DNA of 64,000 nt from an uncultured Holophagales bacterium (GCA_963842525.1 CAWJGT010000009.1:1216001-1280000), one strand, 5' to 3'; counted from the first letter of the stretch, positions 42,183 through 51,785 are shown. The notes: a model not told the origin generated them from the letters alone. Made by a program: numbers and translations.

Positions 42183-43124
42183 GTGACAAGGCCGGCGAAG
42201 CGGGCTCTCTGGGCGTTGGCGATCCTGGCCGTGGGCGCAGCCGTGGCGCTCGCAGCGGTCTACTACACCCGCCCGCTCGACGTCCTCTCCTGGTACCACC
42301 GGAGGGCCCTCTCGCGGGCCGGCCTGAAGGAGGAGTGGGTTCCAGCCCCTGGCGGGCAGCTCGCGGTCTGGACCGGCGGCCGGGGGAAGACCCTCGTCCT
42401 CGTCCACACCTTGAGCGACCACGCCGGCACCTGGCACGCGGTCGTCCCCGAGCTGCTCCAGCACTATCGTCTGCTGCTCCTCGATCTCCCCGGGCACCGC
42501 GACAGCGCGCCGCGGCAGGGGGAGCTGACCCTCCGTGGCGAGCTCGACGGCCTCGCCGCTGCGGTCCGGGAGCGCGGCGGGCAGGATCCCGTCGTCCTGG
42601 TGGGCAACGGGGTCGGAGGGTGGCTGGCTCTCAGCTACGCCCGGGAGCATCCGGAGAGGGTCGAGCGCCTGGTGCTGGTCAACAGCGTCGGGCTCTCGTT
42701 CGACCTCGGGGAGATCGCCCTCGTGCCCAGGGACAGGGAGGAGGCGCGGCGCTTCGTGGACGCCCTGTACGGTCCGGACACGCCGCCGACACCGGACTTC
42801 ATCCTGGACGATGTGGTCCGGAAGAGCCGGAGGAACCCCTTCACGCGGCTGCTGGCCAATCTGCGCAGCACCGACATGCTGGACGACCGCCTGACCGAGA
42901 TCCGCGTCCCCGCCGACCTGATCTGGGGCGAGGCGGACGGGATCGTGACGCGCGACGTGACACGGCGCCTGCTCGACGGCCTGCCGGGTGCCCACCTGCA
43001 CACCCTCCCGCGGTGTGGCCATCTCCCGCAGCAGGAATGTCCGGAGGCCTTCCTGAAGACCCTCCGGGACCTCCTCGGCTCGCCGCCGCCGGCGCTGCCC
43101 GCGCCGTCCTCATCTTTTCCTTGA
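42183..43124 (+). CDS. Exported alpha/beta hydrolase-fold protein
   Basis: Signal/TM N-terminus, DLPGH, GNGVGG at the nucleophile elbow, WGEAD, CGHLPQ. Confidence 0.82.
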   Translation: MTRPAKRALWALAILAVGAAVALAAVYYTRPLDVLSWYHRRALSRAGLKEEWVPAPGGQLAVWTGGRGKTLVLVHTLSDHAGTWHAVVPELLQHYRLLLLDLPGHRDSAPRQGELTLRGELDGLAAAVRERGGQDPVVLVGNGVGGWLALSYAREHPERVERLVLVNSVGLSFDLGEIALVPRDREEARRFVDALYGPDTPPTPDFILDDVVRKSRRNPFTRLLANLRSTDMLDDRLTEIRVPADLIWGEADGIVTRDVTRRLLDGLPGAHLHTLPRCGHLPQQECPEAFLKTLRDLLGSPPPALPAPSSSFP

Positions 43125-43181
43125 AGATCTGAAATAGATCGGCGGGCCGGATCACTCCTTTTAGAGAGGAGGGTTCCCACC

Positions 43182-43436
43182 GTGAGGCACTCGATCTCGA
43201 AAGACGTCCTCGACCGGTTCGCTCTCGGCCACGCCACTCCCCAGGAGAGGAAGGCCATTGCCGTCCACCTCCTCCACGGCTGTGACATCTGTGCCAAGAC
43301 GTTGCGGGCCGTGGCCTGGCCTGGGGCAGCGAAACGCGACCGGATCTCCGCCCGGGATGAACCCGAGAGCCCTCCGGGCCGTATGAAGAGAGGGAGCGGA
43401 CGAAATAGAACCTCGTCCGGCGTCACTCCAAGGTGA
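43182..43436 (+). CDS. Small protein with an H-x-C-x2-C (zf-HC2/anti-sigma-like) N-terminus
   Basis: HSISKDVLDRFALG...IAVHLLHGCDIC; GGAGG RBS. Confidence 0.5.
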   Translation: MRHSISKDVLDRFALGHATPQERKAIAVHLLHGCDICAKTLRAVAWPGAAKRDRISARDEPESPPGRMKRGSGRNRTSSGVTPR

Positions 43437-43484
43437 GGGGATGAGCGCGCCGTCCGCGTTCATCCTGGCAAGGAGGTAAGCACC

Positions 43485-43772
43485 GTGGCACAGCGAATTG
43501 CGGAACCCGGCCTGGATCGTTGGTCGGCAGGGTTTGCCCTGCGTGAGGAGAGCCCGATCATCGTCGCCCATCTCGCGGAGGGATGCCCATCCTGCACCGC
43601 GGGGCTCGAAGTGTTCCACCAGGTCGACGCGCCGGACCCGGCGCGCCAGGCCGTCCTCGAGCTCTTCGAGCGCGAGCTCCTCTCGACCCTCCAGGCGTCG
43701 GGCAGCTCCGTGCAGGCGCTCCACGCCGCCCTGGCGGGGATCGCGCTGAGCGGCGAAAAGCGCGCCGATTAG
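43485..43772 (+). CDS. Small protein with a zf-HC2-like motif
   Basis: IVAHLAEGCPSC; AAGGAGG RBS. Confidence 0.5.
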   Translation: MAQRIAEPGLDRWSAGFALREESPIIVAHLAEGCPSCTAGLEVFHQVDAPDPARQAVLELFERELLSTLQASGSSVQALHAALAGIALSGEKRAD

Positions 43773-43786
43773 ACCTACCCTCCTGT

Positions 43787-43830
43787 CCCTCTCCCTGCCG
43801 CCTCGCGCGAGGCAGGGAGAGGGGCTTTGT
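43787..43830 (+). terminator. 13-bp stem hairpin (terminator-like or REP-like)
   Basis: CCCTCTCCCTGCC...GGCAGGGAGAGGG followed by GCTTTGT. Confidence 0.5.
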
Positions 43831-43877
43831 CGGACATCCGCAGCAAAGTCAGCTCCTCTCGCTCCTCTCCCTTTGTG

Positions 43878-43906
43878 TTGACGCTACAGGTGTTTCCCTA
43901 TAGCAT
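43878..43906 (+). promoter_or_regulatory. Sigma70-type promoter upstream of the Thr/Cys-repeat gene
   Basis: TTGACG-N17-TAGCAT. Confidence 0.55.
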
Positions 43907-44073
43907 CTGAACAACACTTGAATAACGTGTTCTGAGCCGGATATGCAAATACGAGCACAAGCGTACCCGAGCACTCAGCCCTCGGTCCGTTCGCCTCCAT
44001 GACGGCTTTCCTCTTGGTGCTCCGATCCCAGCCCTCGACGAGACCAACCACCATTTCTCATAGGGGATGAATC

Positions 44074-45612
44074 GTGAATCCATTTACCCGGTTTGTGCAG
44101 GGCCCGCTGACTCAGGACCTGTGTAGCGGGGGGGCCGTCACGGCCGGCGGCCCCACAGTCTGCGGCGGCATCCGGACTTGCGGCGGCTGTCCTGGCGGCG
44201 AGATCACCGCCGCATCGCTTTGTGACATCGTGACCTGCGGCGGCCCCACAGCCTGTGGCGGCATCCGCACCTGCGGCCAGCTCACCTGCGGCGGGCCCAC
44301 GGAGTGCGGCATCGACACCTGTGGCCGGACCTGCCTCATCACCTGTGGTGGTCCGACCTGGTGCGGCGGCATTCAGACCTGCGGCCAGACGTGCGCCCAG
44401 ACCTGTCAACAGATCACTTGCGGCGGGCAGACCAACTGCGGCGGTGTGCGCACCTGTGGCGAGACCTGCCACCACCTCACCTGCGGCGGGCAGACGAACT
44501 GCGGCGGTGTCCAGACCTGCGGCCAGACCTGCATCCTGATCACCTGCGGCGGCGGGCAGACCAACTGCGGCGGTGTGCGCACTTGCGGCGAGACCTGCCA
44601 GATCACCTGTGGTGTGCCGACGCAGTGCGGTGGTGTGCGCACCTGTGGCGAGACCTGCCAGATCACCTGCGGTGGGCAGACGCAGTGCGGTGGCATCCAG
44701 ACCTGTGGCGAGACCTGCCAGAAGATCACCTGCGGCGGACCGACCGAGTGCGGTGGCATCGAGACCTGCGGCCACACCTGCTCTCCGGCCATCACCTGCG
44801 GCGGCGCGACCGAATGCGGCGGCATCCGGACCTGCGGCGAGACCTGCCAGAAGATCACCTGCGGCGGCGCGACCGAATGCGGTGGCATCCGGACCTGCGG
44901 CCAGACCTGCTCCCCCGAGATCACCTGCGGCGGGCCGACGGAGTGCGGTGGCATCCGGACCTGCGGCCAGACCTGCAATCAGATCACCTGTGGCGGACCG
45001 ACCCAATGCGGCGGCATCCAGACCTGCGGCCATACCTGCTTGCCCGCCATCACCTGCGGCGGACCGACGGAGTGCGGCGGCATCCGGACCTGCGGCCAGA
45101 CCTGCCACCAGATCACCTGTGGCGGACCGACCCAGTGCGGCGGCGTCGAGACCTGCGGCCATACCTGCTCGCCCATGATCACCTGCGGCGGGAAAACCGA
45201 ATGCGGCGGCATCCAGACCTGCGGTCAGACTTGCCAGATGATCACCTGTGGCGGGAAGACGGAGTGCGGCGGCATCGAGACCTGCGGCCGGACCTGCTCT
45301 CCCGCCATTACCTGTGGCGGGAAGACCGAGTGCGGTGGCATCCAGACCTGCGGCGAGACCTGCCAACCGATCACCTGCGGAGGGAAAACGCAGTGTGGCG
45401 GCATTGAGACGTGCGGGCCGGCCTGCCCTCCGGGCACCTTCGGGCCCGAGCATACCTGCGGCATCATCTGCCTCCCCGAGGAGAAGTCCGAAAAGGCCGG
45501 AGGCCCCATCACACAGGGTCCCATGACCCAATGTGCTGGCGTCCAGACCTGCGGCTGCCCCGGAGGTGGCAAAGAGGGCGGCTCGGGCGGCAAGGGGGAG
45601 AAGGGCGCGTGA
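44074..45612 (+). CDS. 512-aa Thr/Cys/Gly repeat protein; putative giant lanthipeptide precursor/substrate
   Basis: About 20 copies of (I/L/V)TCGGxTxCGG(I/V)xTCGxTC plus 1-3 linker residues. Copies differ at synonymous third positions (TGC/TGT, GGC/GGT). First gene of the kinase-lyase-LanC run. Confidence 0.85.
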   Translation: MNPFTRFVQGPLTQDLCSGGAVTAGGPTVCGGIRTCGGCPGGEITAASLCDIVTCGGPTACGGIRTCGQLTCGGPTECGIDTCGRTCLITCGGPTWCGGIQTCGQTCAQTCQQITCGGQTNCGGVRTCGETCHHLTCGGQTNCGGVQTCGQTCILITCGGGQTNCGGVRTCGETCQITCGVPTQCGGVRTCGETCQITCGGQTQCGGIQTCGETCQKITCGGPTECGGIETCGHTCSPAITCGGATECGGIRTCGETCQKITCGGATECGGIRTCGQTCSPEITCGGPTECGGIRTCGQTCNQITCGGPTQCGGIQTCGHTCLPAITCGGPTECGGIRTCGQTCHQITCGGPTQCGGVETCGHTCSPMITCGGKTECGGIQTCGQTCQMITCGGKTECGGIETCGRTCSPAITCGGKTECGGIQTCGETCQPITCGGKTQCGGIETCGPACPPGTFGPEHTCGIICLPEEKSEKAGGPITQGPMTQCAGVQTCGCPGGGKEGGSGGKGEKGA

Positions 45613-45631
45613 TGTAAGCTGACCTGCGATG

Positions 45632-45672
45632 CGGAGGCCCGGTCCCGCACTCTCTGGCGGGGCCGGGCTCCG
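45632..45672 (+). terminator. GC-rich intergenic stem-loop between the precursor and modification genes
   Basis: CGGAG(G)CCCGGTCCCGC-actctctg-GCGGGGCCGGGCTCCG, no U tail. Confidence 0.5.
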
Positions 45673-45701
45673 TCTCCGGGCCTTCGGACATCGAACGAGA
45701 C

Positions 45702-46800
45702 ATGCTGGTCCAACCCGAAAACGTCGTCCATTACCTGGCCGAGCGCCGGCTGCTGACCTTGCAGTCGGTGGTCGAAGGCGACTTCATGGTCTTCGATCAG
45801 TCGAGCCGGAACTACAACCTCAAGGTGCTGCGGCGGAAGTCCCCCGGCTTCTTCATCAAGCAGGTGCGCACCCGCACATCCGCCTACACCCTCACGCTGG
45901 AGCGGGAGGCGAAGTGTTACGAGATGGCGGCGCGCAACCCCCGCTTCGGCGCCATGGCCGCGCTCCTGCCCAGGTGCCACCACTGGGACGCGGCGAGGAC
46001 GATCCTCGTCCTCGAGATGCTTCCCGATGCCGAGAGCCTCTGGGAGCACCATCAGCGGCTGGGCCGGTTCCCGCGCGAGATCGCGGAGCCTCCAGGGAGA
46101 CAAGCTCGGCACCTACCACCGCCAGGCGGAGCTGTTCTTCCCCGCCCTGGAGGAGCTGCACCTGTTCGAGAAAAAGCTCCCCTGGATCCTCTCGATCCAC
46201 GAGACCCATCCGCAGTACCTGAGCCAGATGAGCCAGGGCAACGCCCAGCTCCTGCAGATCCTGCAGGACTATCCCGGGCTCACCCGCGCCCTCGACGCCC
46301 TCAAGCGCTCCTGGGTCTTCCGCGGGCTGATCCACGGCGACATCAAGTGGGAGAACCTCCTCCTGTACCGCGAGCGCCCGGAGGACCCGCCGGACATCCG
46401 GGTCATCGACTGGGAGATGGCCGACCTCGGCGACGAGTGCTGGGACACGGGGGCGATCTTCCAGGCCTACCTGAGCTTCTGGATCTTCATGCTGCCTCTC
46501 AGCCCCACCGTCAGCCTGGAGCAGGCATCGGAGATCTCGCCGTTCAAGGGCGAGGACATGCAGGTGGCCCTGGCCGCCTTCTGGACCCGCTATGCAGCGG
46601 CCCGCGGCTTCGGCCGCGCCACGTCGCGCCGCTACCTCGAACGGTGCATGGCCTGCGCCGCCGCGCGCATGGTCCAGACGGCCTACGAAGGGATCCAGCG
46701 GTCGCCCCAGATCACGCCCCAGGCGCTCTGCCAGCTCCAGATGAGCATGAACATCCTGCGCGATCCGGCCGCTGCCGTCGGCCAGATGGTGGGGCTGTGA
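45702..46800 (+). CDS. Aminoglycoside-phosphotransferase-like kinase (LanK-like); probable +1 error at ~46089
   Basis: SSRNYN, FFIKQ, LIHGDIKWENLL, VIDWEMA. Removing one C in GAGCCTCCAG joins ORFs 45702 and 46027. Confidence 0.85.
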
Positions 46801-46813
46801 GGAGGGCCGCACG

Positions 46814-47881
46814 TTGAGCACGATGGACTGGCAGGAGGCCCTCGACCAGGTCTTCGCGGCCATCCGCATCGAGTCGCCGCACGAGCTGACGTTCGCGGAG
46901 AGGAAATTCGCCGTACCGGCGGCGGCCGCCCCGGCCGGTAATGGCGCGGCGGGTGCGGCTGGTGCGGCGAAGGTGCCGCTGGTGGAGCTGCTCACCGACG
47001 TCCTCTACCGCTATGTCTACAGCCGGCCCTTCAAGCCGCCGCTTCCACCGCCTTCTCCGGACGGCCAGGAGCGCCAGGACTTCAGGCTCGACCCCGAGCT
47101 CAGCGCCGTCCTCTCCGCCGCCAACGCCTCGCGCGACCGCTGGGAGCACGGCTGGACCATCGGACAGATCCACTCCTCCGGCCAGATCACGGCGCAGCGC
47201 GGGAGCCGCTCGCGGTCGCTCTGGCCGGGCCAGTTCCTGAGCAAGGACGGTCCGGGTGCGCGCCCGCGGCCGGGGGCGCAGATCAGCATCTTCTATCCCC
47301 GCGAGTCCACGTCGCTCCAGCGCGGCTTCTACTACTGCTTCGGCGAGACCCCCGAGGACGAGAGCTTCACCCTCGGCCTGGTGCGGATCTACTGGCACGT
47401 CGGGCTCGCCGGGGCGCCGGAGCTGGTGCGGTCGCTCTCCGCGCGGCTCAACTTCTTCCAGGTGCCGTTCCGCATGAAGTGCTCGGTCATGCCCAGCCAG
47501 TACGACCGCACGGACGTGGCGGTCATCTACCTCGCCAAGCGCCTCTTCCCCTTCGTCGCCGACCTGCTCCAGGAGGTCTATCCCGCCGTGCGCCCGCACC
47601 TCGGGCCCGAGGTGCCGTTCTTCACCTGGCGCCTGGCCCCCGGGGTCGGCATCGCCGAGGACCCGGCCAACGGCGAGAGCTTCGGCCAGCACCGCTGCCG
47701 TCTCCTGGCGGAGTGCTGCTGGAGCTGCTTCCTGCGCGGCGATCAGGAAACGGCGTCGCGGCTGGCGGAGCTGCGCGTCGTGGCCGGCGCCCAGGGCACG
47801 GACCCGGAGCGCTTCCACCTCAACGCCGGCTCCCTGGACTGCTACGAGGCGTGCGCGACGGGGGAGGAATCATGGTCATGA
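46814..47881 (+). CDS. HopA1-family protein (LanY-like phospho-Ser/Thr lyase)
   Basis: GFYYCFG, VRIYWH, PFRMK, YDRTDVAVIY, LAPGVGIAEDP..GESFGQHRC. Confidence 0.85.
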   Translation: MSTMDWQEALDQVFAAIRIESPHELTFAERKFAVPAAAAPAGNGAAGAAGAAKVPLVELLTDVLYRYVYSRPFKPPLPPPSPDGQERQDFRLDPELSAVLSAANASRDRWEHGWTIGQIHSSGQITAQRGSRSRSLWPGQFLSKDGPGARPRPGAQISIFYPRESTSLQRGFYYCFGETPEDESFTLGLVRIYWHVGLAGAPELVRSLSARLNFFQVPFRMKCSVMPSQYDRTDVAVIYLAKRLFPFVADLLQEVYPAVRPHLGPEVPFFTWRLAPGVGIAEDPANGESFGQHRCRLLAECCWSCFLRGDQETASRLAELRVVAGAQGTDPERFHLNAGSLDCYEACATGEESWS

Positions 47882-49200
47882 CCGAGACGCCCGCGATGCC
47901 TGGCGGCGCTGCCAGCCCGCAGCCGGCCGCGGAGCACCGGGCGCTCTTCCTGGAGACCGCGGCTTCGCTGGGCGCGCGGATCTGCCGCGACGCGCTGTGG
48001 GGCGACGGCGTCTGCAACTGGATCGGCTTCGCCATGGAGAGCCTGGGCGGGCGCTGGCGGCACGCCCACCGCGCCTATGGCGGCGAGCTCTATGGGGGGA
48101 CGAGCGGCATCGCCCTCTTCCTCGCCCGCCTGCACGCGGTGACCGGCGAGCGCATGTTCAAACGCACCGCACTGGGGGCGATCCGCCATGCCCTGGAGCA
48201 CGGCGCAAAAGAGATCGTGCCGACGGCGCGCATCGGCGCCTACAGCGGTTGCACCGGCCTCGCCGACGCAGCTCTCCAGATCGCCGTCCTCCTGGAGGAC
48301 GAGTCGCTGCGGGCGCCGGCCCTGGCTCTCCTGGAGGAAGCGGCGAGCGGCGAGACCGGCCGCAACTTCGACCTGCTGGCGGGCTCTGCCGGAGCGATCC
48401 CGCTGCTGCTGCGGGCCCACGCCGGGCACGAAGGTCAACCGGGGCCGGCTTCCCTGCAAGAGGCGGCGGTGCGCCTGGGCGACGACCTCCTGGCCGCCGC
48501 GGCGCGTGCCGACGACCGCTGGTCCTGGGGAGAATTCGGCATGCCGGGGGCGAAGCAGAAGGACAACCTCCTCGGCTTCTCCCACGGCGCCGGCGGCATC
48601 GGCTGGGCCCTGCTGGAGCTCCACCAGGCCACCGGCGAGGCGCGGTTCCGCGAGGCCGGCGAAGGGGCGTTCCGCCACGAGCGGCACTGGTTCGACCCAG
48701 AGCACGGCAACTGGCCGGACCTGCGGGACCCCGAGGTCTCGGGCGCGGCGGCAGCCTCGGACGTCCCGGCCTTCATGACCGCCTGGTGCCACGGCGCGGC
48801 GGGCCTCGGCTTGTCCCGCCTGCGCGCCTGGGAGCTGTCCGGCGACGAGGAGTGCCGGCGCGAGGCCGAGGTGGCCGTCGACACCACCCTGGAGAACCTC
48901 CGCGGCGGCACGGAGATGAGCCAGACCAACGACTCTCTGTGCCACGGCAGGGGAGGGAACTGCGAGACGCTGATCTACGGCTCCCAGGTCCTGGGCCGTC
49001 CCGAATGGCTGCAACGGGCCGAGGAGATCGGCCTCCGGGAGATCGAGACCTGCGCCGCGCAGCGCCTGCCCTGGCCCTGCGGCACCTACGGCAGCGTCGA
49101 AGTGCCCGGCCTCCTGCTGGGCCTCGCCGGCATCGGCTATTTCTATCTCCGCCTCGCCGACCCGGCCGGCACGCCGTCGGTCCTGATCCCGCTGCCGTAA
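47872..49200 (+). CDS. lanC: Lanthionine synthetase C-like cyclase
   Basis: LYGGTSG, DLLAGSAG, GFSHGAGG, Zn-ligand motifs AWCHG and LCHG, GLLLGLAGIGY; overlaps the upstream gene end. Confidence 0.9.
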   Translation: MVMTETPAMPGGAASPQPAAEHRALFLETAASLGARICRDALWGDGVCNWIGFAMESLGGRWRHAHRAYGGELYGGTSGIALFLARLHAVTGERMFKRTALGAIRHALEHGAKEIVPTARIGAYSGCTGLADAALQIAVLLEDESLRAPALALLEEAASGETGRNFDLLAGSAGAIPLLLRAHAGHEGQPGPASLQEAAVRLGDDLLAAAARADDRWSWGEFGMPGAKQKDNLLGFSHGAGGIGWALLELHQATGEARFREAGEGAFRHERHWFDPEHGNWPDLRDPEVSGAAAASDVPAFMTAWCHGAAGLGLSRLRAWELSGDEECRREAEVAVDTTLENLRGGTEMSQTNDSLCHGRGGNCETLIYGSQVLGRPEWLQRAEEIGLREIETCAAQRLPWPCGTYGSVEVPGLLLGLAGIGYFYLRLADPAGTPSVLIPLP

Positions 49201-49692
49201 CCTTCTTCGTGCATTCCGTTCCAATCGTGCACAACGATTCGGAAGCCGGCGGCGACGATTCGCCCGCATCATCCTGAATCCCGTCTCCGTCTCGCCACTA
49301 TTCGGTCATTCTGAAGGAGCATTCGACCTGTGCTCCCTCACATCAGAGGTTGGCTGTAGGATTCAAGAGAATGTCTCCTGCACATAGGGATCTGAGTCTG
49401 CGCCATTCGCAAACATTCCTGCGCATTCGGGAGCTCCGATGGTGGCATTGGACCTGGGCTCGGCAGCATTGGGATCGGCCGGCGTGTCATTTGTGCCGTG
49501 GTCCCAATGATTGGGAGCTCCTGAAGAAAGATTCCGCTCCCAAAGCGTCGTGCACGGACGTGGCTCGGAATGTTTGGCCTTGCAGCCTGAATAACTACTC
49601 AGCTCGTCGGAAAAATCCGCTTTGCCAGACGAATGGCCGGGAATCCGAAACCGATGCTGCCAGGCACGAGACGAATGGTGCGTCAGGACGAG

Positions 49693-51381
49693 CTAACGCC
49701 TGCCCGCCGAGGTCCGGTTGCGGCTCGGCTTCGGCTTCTTCTTCCGGCGCCGCTTCGCCGCGAGCGCCGCGGTGGCTTCGTCACGGAGAGTCTGCGCCGG
49801 CTCGAAGTCCGGCGCTCCTTCGATCGCCTGCTCGGCGTGCGCCAGAGCGGCCTCAGTGTCTCCGAGATGAAAGAGGCAGAGCCCGACGTTGAACACGGTC
49901 GCCGGATTGGACCCGTAGAGAGCAACCGACTGGCGGAAGAAGGAGAGGGCGTCCTCGTAGCATTGGATTTCCGTGAGCAGCACGCCAAGGTGGAAGGGCA
50001 GGTCGAGCGACTCGCGGATCGGGAAATAGACCCTCCAGATCTCGTGGACCGCGTGGTAGACCTCGACACGGAGGAGGTCCGGTGCCGTGCCCACCTGCTT
50101 CATCAGCGCGGGGAAGCAGCCCAGGAGGATGTTCGAGTCCCAGCCCGACAGGCGCAGCCAAGTCAGGAGCTCTTCCAGAGGGAGCTCTTCGTACCCCCTC
50201 TCGACGCTCTTCTTGAGATCGAAAAAGTCGTCCGGCCCCAGGCGCTCGATCGCATCATCGAAGGCTAGACGGGTCTCCAACAGGCCGCCCGGGGGCGTGC
50301 CGAACAGGCCGGCGACGATGCTCAGGCTGGAGTACAGGTGCGTCGTGCTCAGGAAGTCGCCGCCCTGGTGGACGAACCACCGGCCGAAGGCGTGGTAATT
50401 GACCATCATCGAGAAGCTGCCATGGACCGCCAGGCCCGGCTCGCTACGGCCGGTCAGCAGCTCCTCGCGGCTGAAGCCCTTGTCGCCGGAGAGCAGCAGG
50501 AGCCGGTTGTCCGACAGCCGGGCGAGCTGGCGCGCGCCACGGATGGCAGCGCAGGGGAAGAGAAAGGTCGTGTCGTCCAGGCTCGCCACGTACTCCTGGA
50601 GGATTCGGTCGAGCTCCGGATCGCCATAATAGTCGGCCGGGGCGGGACACTCCTCCCAGGAGACCACGATCCGCCCGAGCATCCCGGAGTCTTCGAGATC
50701 GATCTCTCCCTCCGGCGCGGCGAGCGTCGCCAGGCATTCGAAAAACTTTCCATCGTGGACCGAGAAGACGTCCTGGGGGATGCCGTCGAAGACGTAGTTC
50801 GCCAGAACGATGAGCGGATTGCGCAGCGTTTGCGGCGAGAGGACTTCCCCCGAGCAGGTGAGGCGGATCTCGAAGTCCTCTCCGGCGTCGTAGCGCGCAA
50901 AGTCGAGCACTCCGGATTCGACGAACGACTGGAGGTCCGGATGATTGCGCAGGTGGTCGAGGTTGTTCTCCGTGAAGTCGGTCAGGACATAGCGGACCGG
51001 CACATGGCTCAGCGGCGACCGGCCGAGCAGGTCAAGGAAGCGGTTGAGGAACAGGTACCCGAAGCGGCCGGCCCCGCAGCCGAGCTCGACGATGTAGACC
51101 GGATGCCGGAGGTCGAGCGGCGCGAACGAGCCCCGCTGCGGAGACGTCGTCCCCGAGCAGTCACGCAGCCAGCCGAGGACCACCTTGGCGTAGGAGTCAG
51201 CGATCCAGCCGTTGCTGGTGATGTAGTGAGGGACCTGCCCCTCGGTCCAGGCCCGGACCCCCTGCACGTCGAAGAACTTCCGCTGGAGCTGCCAGAGGAG
51301 CGACTCGGACAGGCGCTTGCCGTGTTCGAGGACGTGACTGGCGACGACCGTCTCGGCGGGGCCGCTCTCCGGATCAGGCAT
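49693..51381 (-). CDS. SAM-dependent methyltransferase (MidA/NDUFAF7-like) with C-terminal TPR
   Basis: VPHYITSN, VELGCGAGRFG, ANYVFD, HGSFSMMVN; TPR-like C-terminus. Confidence 0.8.
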   Translation of the reverse strand: MPDPESGPAETVVASHVLEHGKRLSESLLWQLQRKFFDVQGVRAWTEGQVPHYITSNGWIADSYAKVVLGWLRDCSGTTSPQRGSFAPLDLRHPVYIVELGCGAGRFGYLFLNRFLDLLGRSPLSHVPVRYVLTDFTENNLDHLRNHPDLQSFVESGVLDFARYDAGEDFEIRLTCSGEVLSPQTLRNPLIVLANYVFDGIPQDVFSVHDGKFFECLATLAAPEGEIDLEDSGMLGRIVVSWEECPAPADYYGDPELDRILQEYVASLDDTTFLFPCAAIRGARQLARLSDNRLLLLSGDKGFSREELLTGRSEPGLAVHGSFSMMVNYHAFGRWFVHQGGDFLSTTHLYSSLSIVAGLFGTPPGGLLETRLAFDDAIERLGPDDFFDLKKSVERGYEELPLEELLTWLRLSGWDSNILLGCFPALMKQVGTAPDLLRVEVYHAVHEIWRVYFPIRESLDLPFHLGVLLTEIQCYEDALSFFRQSVALYGSNPATVFNVGLCLFHLGDTEAALAHAEQAIEGAPDFEPAQTLRDEATAALAAKRRRKKKPKPSRNRTSAGRR

Positions 51382-51785
51382 GGGCTCAGCGTCTACGAAG
51401 TCTCGTCGCAATGCCTAGGATGGCTTGCAGCGTAGCACAGCTTGGGCACGCACTCGTCGCGTGAGCGGAGGAGCGGCTCCCCGGGGCCCCAGACCGGACC
51501 GCTCCTCATCAGCGCGTACATCGTCTGTCAAAGAACCACGACGGCGATCGCCAGAGGCATTCAGCCTCACCCGAGATCGATCTCAGGTCACCTCGGATCG
51601 ATCGAGAAAGCCCTGGATCGATCCACGGTCCTCCGACAAGCATCCAGATCCGCTGCGATACGCAAAGGTCCGCCTGGGTCGATCGGCGCTCGCCCCGCAG
51701 GGGCATCCCGGGCTCCCTGGATCGATCCAGCCTCACCCGATCAGCATCCAGCGTCACCCGATAGCCATTTGCCGGTCGAGCCTGA

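Noticed and set aside
45702-46817. Kinase as a true pseudogene or programmed frameshift
   Set aside because: There is no slippery sequence, and the same GAGCCTCCAG insertion occurs in an unrelated gene at ~32755, which favours a read error. Not provable without reads.
46814-47881. HopA1 as a type III secretion effector
   Set aside because: No T3SS genes are present, and the kinase/LanC context matches the RiPP lyase role of this family.
49200-49690. Region after lanC as a short precursor gene or ncRNA
   Set aside because: No Ser/Thr/Cys-rich ORF with an RBS and no recognisable RNA structure; only a REP-like remnant.
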